NCBI RefSeq assembly: GCF_001194135.2
Contig: NC_069005.1
Span: 30,862,991-30,926,990 of the forward strand
Source of the DNA: Octopus bimaculoides
Lineage: Eukaryota
Direction of reading: 5' to 3'
DNA: 64,000 nucleotides
Part shown: one piece after another, positions 57,501 through 64,000 of the stretch
Position numbering within the stretch: the first letter of the stretch is position 1
Layout: each line of letters opens with the position of its first letter
Translations under genes and position numbers: made by a program
Notes under the pieces: generated by a model
Told to the model about the DNA's origin: nothing
What the model saw: only the letters and a program-made list of their open reading frames with translations
Databases searched by the model: none

Positions 57501-59040
57501 TCCTGTGACTAAGATATACATACAAGACTTGGATGAGGGCTGGCTCTTAGATATGTGTCACACAGCCCCATTGGTGTGTGGGTGTGTCTTTCTGTCTAAG
57601 GGTTAAATGGGTAAGCTCAGGAGAGCAGGAAATTAACAGTGTAAACTGTTAAGAAGCCAGCAGAAGGCAGCAGGAAGCCGCTGCCATCTAATTCCCCAAC
57701 CAAAATCTTGAACCTTCAGACTGTAAGCATGATAGTCCATGAAGAGAACGGAAAGACAGGGAGACAGACAGACAGACAAAGAGACAAAGAGAGGGAAATG
57801 AAAATAGAACAGGAAAGAAAGACTGGGAGAGAAGAGAGTCAGAAAGGGGAGACAATTCACAATACAGGGGTCAACAGTAGAAGAAAGTTCTGAAATCGTT
57901 CTGATCTCTCCAGTTGTTGAGACTGATGAAGGGCATGTCCCACAATATAATTTGAATGTAAAATATATATGTTGTGTGTGTGAACAGGTTTATAAATATA
58001 TTTACCCATTAACAGAAACCTTCTACATCTCAATAAATCTATATATAACTATGTATGTGTATATAATTATATATAACTATGTGTAATTATTTCAGTTTTG
58101 TGCCATACTGCTGAGAATCAAATGATAACCATTTAAATAAGTTATAGAGTAATAATTTGGGCTATCTTTTTTTAATTTTTTATTAAATTTAGTATCAGAA
58201 AATTGAGTCTATTTTGGTGAACTTATATCTGTGCCTTGAGGTATCATTTTTAGTAAGAAAACAAGGGAGTCTCTATGTGGTTGTTAAAGCTGCTGGAAAT
58301 AGAAGCTAAATCTCTTTCAAATCATAAGCTACTGTCTTGAATAAGGAAAGAGCATGTTGGAAAATGTAGTTAGGGAGACCCCTAAAAATAAGGTCTGATG
58401 GTCAGGTCCAGGATGGATTTAGTTATAGGTTTACCGAGCCAATGTTGACTCAGGGCTAAACTACAAGTGCAGCAACAGCAACGATCTCTCTTATCAAGTT
58501 CTTCAGAAATACTTTGAATATTATGTTTTTTTATATTTATTTTTAAAGAAACAAATAAAGAAATAAACAAGAAAAACCAACAAATAAATATAAATAAATA
58601 CAGTTTCTTTCTTTAAATCAAAATAATTTAAAAAAAGAAAAAAACAAAATCAAAAGAAGATAATATTGAACAATTCTTTGTTTTTCCTTTTTTTTTGTTT
58701 CTGTTGAATATTTTTAGTAATTTTCAGGTATTTTATGATTCCATCTTTTCTTTCTCTTTCTGTCTGTCTCTGATTATCTCTCTATTTCTATCTATCTGTC
58801 TCTGTGTCACTCTCTTCTCTGTGTATCTTTCTCTTACTCTCTCTTTCTCTTTCTGCTCCTGCCTGTCTGTCTCTGTCTCTGTCCTACTCTCTCTCTCCCC
58901 CTCTCTCTGATTCTTTCTGTCTCACTCTCTATTTCTCTCCTGATTCTCTCTTTTTCACTCTCTCTGTCACACTTTCCCACCTCTCTCTCTCTCTCTCCTA
59001 TTCCGATGGATTTAATGCCTTGCAGAATCTAATTACATCT

Positions 59041-59249
59041 CTTTTATTCTTTTACTTGTTTCAGTCATTTGACTGCAGCCATGCTGGAGCACCGCCTTTA
59101 GTCAAGAAAATCGACCCCAGGACTTATTCTTTGTAAGCCTAGTACTTATTCTATCGGTCTCTTTTTGCAGAATCGCTAAGTTACGGGGACGTAAACACAC
59201 CAGCATCAGTTGTCAAGCGAAGTTGGGGGGACAAACACAGACACAAACA
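59041..59249 (-). mobile_element. 3' module (D) of SINE family A, running into an N-gap
   Basis: Near-exact reverse complement of 61565-61785. Confidence 0.87.
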
Positions 59250-61386
59250 NNNNNNNNNNNNNNNNNNNNNNNNNNNNNNNNNNNNNNNNNNNNNNNNNNN
59301 NNNNNNNNNNNNNNNNNNNNNNNNNNNNNNNNNNNNNNNNNNNNNNNNNNNNNNNNNNNNNNNNNNNNNNNNNNNNNNNNNNNNNNNNNNNNNNNNNNNN
59401 NNNNNNNNNNNNNNNNNNNNNNNNNNNNNNNNNNNNNNNNNNNNNNNNNNNNNNNNNNNNNNNNNNNNNNNNNNNNNNNNNNNNNNNNNNNNNNNNNNNN
59501 NNNNNNNNNNNNNNNNNNNNNNNNNNNNNNNNNNNNNNNNNNNNNNNNNNNNNNNNNNNNNNNNNNNNNNNNNNNNNNNNNNNNNNNNNNNNNNNNNNNN
59601 NNNNNNNNNNNNNNNNNNNNNNNNNNNNNNNNNNNNNNNNNNNNNNNNNNNNNNNNNNNNNNNNNNNNNNNNNNNNNNNNNNNNNNNNNNNNNNNNNNNN
59701 NNNNNNNNNNNNNNNNNNNNNNNNNNNNNNNNNNNNNNNNNNNNNNNNNNNNNNNNNNNNNNNNNNNNNNNNNNNNNNNNNNNNNNNNNNNNNNNNNNNN
59801 NNNNNNNNNNNNNNNNNNNNNNNNNNNNNNNNNNNNNNNNNNNNNNNNNNNNNNNNNNNNNNNNNNNNNNNNNNNNNNNNNNNNNNNNNNNNNNNNNNNN
59901 NNNNNNNNNNNNNNNNNNNNNNNNNNNNNNNNNNNNNNNNNNNNNNNNNNNNNNNNNNNNNNNNNNNNNNNNNNNNNNNNNNNNNNNNNNNNNNNNAGAG
60001 AGTAAGAAGAAAGGGGAGGGATAGAGAAAGAAGAGAGAGAGAGAGAGTGAAGGAAAAGAGAGAATGTTCCTAATGACTTTATTTATGAAGTAATAGCAAC
60101 AGAACCATATCTACATGTGTTCATGTTGGCAGAGTGTGTCTCTGTGCTTATGTGTGTGCAGCATGTGTGTGTGTGTGTGCATAAGTGTGTAAGTCTACAG
60201 TTATATGTGTAGTGTGACTGGCGTATGCAGTGTAATGTGTGCGTGTGTGTGTGTGTGTATGTGTATCTATGCTAGTGTATGTGAACAAGAGAGAGAGAGA
60301 GAGAAGGAAGCAAATGAGAAAAGAGACACATAGAGAAGGAGAGGGAAACGGGTATGATGGTGGTGGTGGTGGTGGTGGTGGTGGTGGTGTGTAGTGGTGG
60401 TATTGGTAAAAGCAGTGGTGGTGGTAACAGTGATGGNNNNNNNNNNNNNNNNNNNNNNNNNNNNNNNNNNNNNNNNNNNNNNNNNNNNNNNNNNNNNNNN
60501 NNNNNNNNNNNNNNNNNNNNNNNNNNNNNNNNNNNNNNNNNNNNNNNNNNNNNNNNNNNNNNNNNNNNNNNNNNNNNNNNNNNNNNNNNNNNNNNNNNNN
60601 NNNNNNNNNNNNNNNNNNNNNNNNNNNNNNNNNNNNNNNNNNNNNNNNNNNNNNNNNNNNNNNNNNNNNNNNNNNNNNNNNNNNNNNNNNNNNNNNNNNN
60701 NNNNNNNNNNNNNNNNNNNNNNNNNNNNNNNNNNNNNNNNNNNNNNNNNNNNNNNNNNNNNNNNNNNNNNNNNNNNNNNNNNNNNNNNNNNNNNNNNNNN
60801 NNNNNNNNNNNNNNNNNNNNNNNNNNNNNNNNNNNNNNNNNNNNNNNNNNNNNNNNNNNNNNNNNNNNNNNNNNNNNNNNNNNNNNNNNNNNNNNNNNNN
60901 NNNNNNNNNNNNNNNNNNNNNNNNNNNNNNNNNNNNNNNNNNNNNNNNNNNNNNNNNNNNNNNNNNNNNNNNNNNNNNNNNNNNNNNNNNNNNNNNNNNN
61001 NNNNNNNNNNNNNNNNNNNNNNNNNNNNNNNNNNNNNNNNNNNNNNNNNNNNNNNNNNNNNNNNNNNNNNNNNNNNNNNNNNNNNNNNNNNNNNNNNNNN
61101 NNNNNNNNNNNNNNNNNNNNNNNNNNNNNNNNNNNNNNNNNNNNNNNNNNNNNNNNNNNNNNNNNNNNNNNNNNNNNNNNNNNNNNNNNNNNNNNNNNNN
61201 NNNNNNNNNNNNNNNNNNNNNNNNNNNNNNNNNNNNNNNNNNNNNNNNNNNNNNNNNNNNNNNNNNNNNNNNNNNNNNNNNNNNNNNNNNNNNNNNNNNN
61301 NNNNNNNNNNNNNNNNNNNNNNNNNNNNNNNNNNNNNNNNNNNNNNNNNNNNNNNNNNNNNNNNNNNNNNNNNNNNNNNNNNNNNN

Positions 61387-61785
61387 AAGTAGCTTGCTTA
61401 CCAACCACATGGTTCCGGGTTCAGTCCCACTGCGTGGCACTTTGGGCAAGTGTCTTCTACTATAGCCTCGGGCTGACCAAAGCCTTGTGAGTGGATTAGG
61501 TAGACGGAAACTGAAAGAAGCCTGTCGTATATATATAAATATATGTATATGTATATGTGTGTTTGTGTGTCTGTGTTTGTCCCCCCCAATATCACTTGAC
61601 AACCGATGCTGGTGTGTTTACATCCTCGTAACTTAGCGGTTCGGCAAAAGATACCGATAGAATAAGTACTAGGCTTCTAAAGGATAAGTCCCTGGGGTCG
61701 ATTTGCTTGACTAAAGGCGGTGCTCCAGCATGGCCGCAGTCAAATGACTGAAACAAGTAAAAGAGTAAAAGAGTAGAGAAAAGAG
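61387..61785 (+). mobile_element. Near-full SINE family A+D (tRNA head, internal microsatellite, 3' module, AGTAAAAG tail)
   Basis: Contiguous A head, (TA)n(TG)n, D module and tandem GTAAAAGA tail. Confidence 0.9.
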
Positions 61786-61799
61786 AGTACACTCTGTAA

Positions 61800-62110
61800 T
61801 ATGGTTGGTGTTAGGAAAGGCATCTAGCTGTAGAAACCATGCCAAAGCAAACAATGGGACCTGATGTGGCCCCCTGGCCTTGCCAGCTCCTGTCGAGCTG
61901 TCCAACCCATGCCAGCATTGAAAATGGATATTAAACGATGATCATTACCTTCATATCATCATCACAGTGTTCCATGCTAGCATGGGGTTGGATGGTTTAT
62001 CAGAATCCTACTAGGCTGAGGGGTGTCTTGGTCTCCAGGGTCTGTTTTGGCGTGGTTTCTACACCTGGATGGATGGCCTTCCAAATGCTGACCACTTTGC
62101 TGAGTGTACT
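61800..62110. mobile_element. Tail-to-tail pair of family C copies
   Basis: Plus-strand copy 61800-61940 and minus-strand copy 61965-62110 converge on an ATC-rich spacer. Confidence 0.75.
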
Positions 62111-62659
62111 GGTTGCTTTTTCTTTTCTTTTCCATGGCAACAGCACTAGTGGTAGCGGCGGTGGAGGTGGTGGTGGTGGTTGGGGTCACCAAGTTGCTCA
62201 CAAGACATGACCCCTTCACAGAGTTTAAGGAAGTGGCACGGTGACCACAAAAATGATATGAAGGTGGTGGTGGTTTTGGTGATGGTAGTAACAAGGATGA
62301 TGCCAATGACGATGACGACAACGNNNNNNNNNNNNNNNNNNNNNNNNNNNNNNNNNNNNNNNNNNNNNNNNNNNNNNNNNNNNNNNNNGGGGAGGGGAGG
62401 AGGAGGAGGAGGGGGGTAACCTACCCAACTGTTTGCTTCTGTGTCTACATCAGTCACGTGACTCGCAAGATTTCCTGAATGACATGCCTATTGAAAAATT
62501 ACCTTGAATCAACGTCTTTACAGCCATGACTGTCTCGTCTTATTTACGTCATGGCATATCTAGGACCACATTATCCAATGTGTCTTTCTTTGTTTAAGCT
62601 TGTAGGATGCAACTTTAAAAAGATTCAGCTGCTATTGCTTGCAGCTCGAGCGAGCAAGT

Positions 62660-63570
62660 CACACCTGGTGGCAGTGGTTATGATGATGATGATGATGATG
62701 ATGACGATGACGATGATGTAATAGAGGAGGTGATGGTGGTGGTGGTGACCACGACGGTATTGACGGCCTTGGTTTCATTGTTGCTTTGCTAATGTTGATT
62801 GTGGTTGTCATGACAACTGACAGACAATGGCAATGACAATGATGACAGGCGATGACGACAACAATGACGATGATGCTGCCGATGCCGACAGCGATGACAA
62901 TTATGACGACAGCGACCACTATGATGATGGTGGTGGTGGTGGTGGTGTTAGTGGAGTAGTGATGAGGTAATGCTGGTTGTGGTTGTGGTTGTGGTGGTGG
63001 TGGTGGTGGTGGTAGATGTGACCTGTAGTGTTCGTAGGTGTTGACGGGTGATAAATACTATGAAATAGGATACAGTACAGCGTGTTGTTATCACATTACA
63101 TGCACACACACACACATTCACCACACCACTCACTCACACACACATACACATATGCATACACACACATACATGCACATGCACACACACACACTCACACATA
63201 CAGTTACACATCCAAAAGTGACCATGGGACGATGGTAATGGTAGCAGTGGTAGTGGTGGTGGTGGTGGTGGTGGTAGTGGTGGTGGTGGTGGCAGTGGTA
63301 GTGGTGGTGGTGGTGCTGTTGTTGGTGGTGGCAGTGGTGACGGCGTCAGTGGTAGTGGTGGAGGTTGTAGTGGTGGTATTGATGGTGGTGGTGGTGGTGG
63401 TGGTGGCGGCGGCGGCGGAGGCCGGCGGAGGTGGTGGTAATAGTTGCAGTGGTGGTGGTGATGGTGATGATGATGATTGATAATAGTGGTGGTGATTATG
63501 ATGGTGGCTGTGGTGTTGGTTGTGCTGGTGGGCATAGTAGTGGTATTGGTAGTGGTGGTAGTGGTGGTGG
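62660..63570. repeat. Low-complexity (GAT)n/(GGT)n/(CA)n block
   Basis: Trinucleotide and dinucleotide mosaics giving poly-V, poly-H and poly-P ORFs. Confidence 0.92.
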
Positions 63571-63774
63571 TGGAGTCAGTAGAGGCACAGATGGGAAGTA
63601 ATACCAGGCATTATGAAAATACAATCTGATAACAAGAATCTTCTGTTTCATTCATCATCATCATTATGAACATTATCATCATCACTATTATCATCAACAT
63701 CGTCATTATCAAGAGTGTCATCACCAACATTATCATCGTTATTTTCATCAACATTATTATCAACACTATCAAAG

Positions 63775-64000
63775 TGGCGAGCTGGTAGAATCATTAGCAC
63801 ACCGGGCGAAATGCTTAGCAGCATTTTGTCTGTCTTTATGTTCTGAGTTCAAATTCCACCGAGGTCGACTTTGGCTTTCATCCTTTCGGGTGGGGGCGGT
63901 CGATGAAAATAAGTACGAGTTAAGCCCTGGGGTTGATGGTAATCGACTTATCCTCTCCGGCAACATTTGCTGGCCTTGTGCCAAAATCTGGAACCAACAT
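63775..64000 (+). mobile_element. tRNA-derived SINE, family E
   Basis: GTGGCGAGCTGGTAGAATC head, GAGTTCAAATTCC B box, 3' GGCCTTGTGCCAAAA. Confidence 0.85.

Noticed and set aside
57880-57945. CTGATGAAGGG-CATGT-CCC hammerhead half-motif
   Set aside because: Stem II is followed by ACAA rather than GAAA
62452-62463. Perfect 12-bp palindrome AGTCACGTGACT (CLEAR/USF-type E-box)
   Set aside because: Single site with no gene start visible nearby

Overview
Eukaryotic, AT-rich, gap-ridden draft sequence (21 N-runs). The repeat landscape strongly suggests an Octopus genome; this is an inference, not a search result. One protein-coding gene is supported: DYNC2LI1 (cytoplasmic dynein-2 light intermediate chain, retrograde intraflagellar transport) on the + strand from 2161 to 36560. 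Fourteen coding exons were traced by hand with canonical AG/GT sites and consistent phases, and one further exon is missing, most likely inside the N-gap at 8994-9734. None of the supplied six-frame ORFs is a real gene: they are microsatellite, gap or repeat read-throughs. The remainder is tRNA-derived SINEs, RTE-LINE 3' ends, TTAA (piggyBac-like) MITE arrays, fossils of RTE/BovB, CR1/L2, Tx1, mariner and Chapaev3-like elements, minisatellites and microsatellites. The most interesting leads are a Penelope-type minimal hammerhead ribozyme motif at 20-56, an RFX X-box-like site upstream of the ciliary gene, an inverted MITE pair bracketing exon 14, and a Transib/RAG1-related transposase fossil. 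I see no convincing evidence of a wholly new multi-gene system. Protein and repeat family assignments rest on recalled motifs and need database confirmation; repeat boundaries are approximate.
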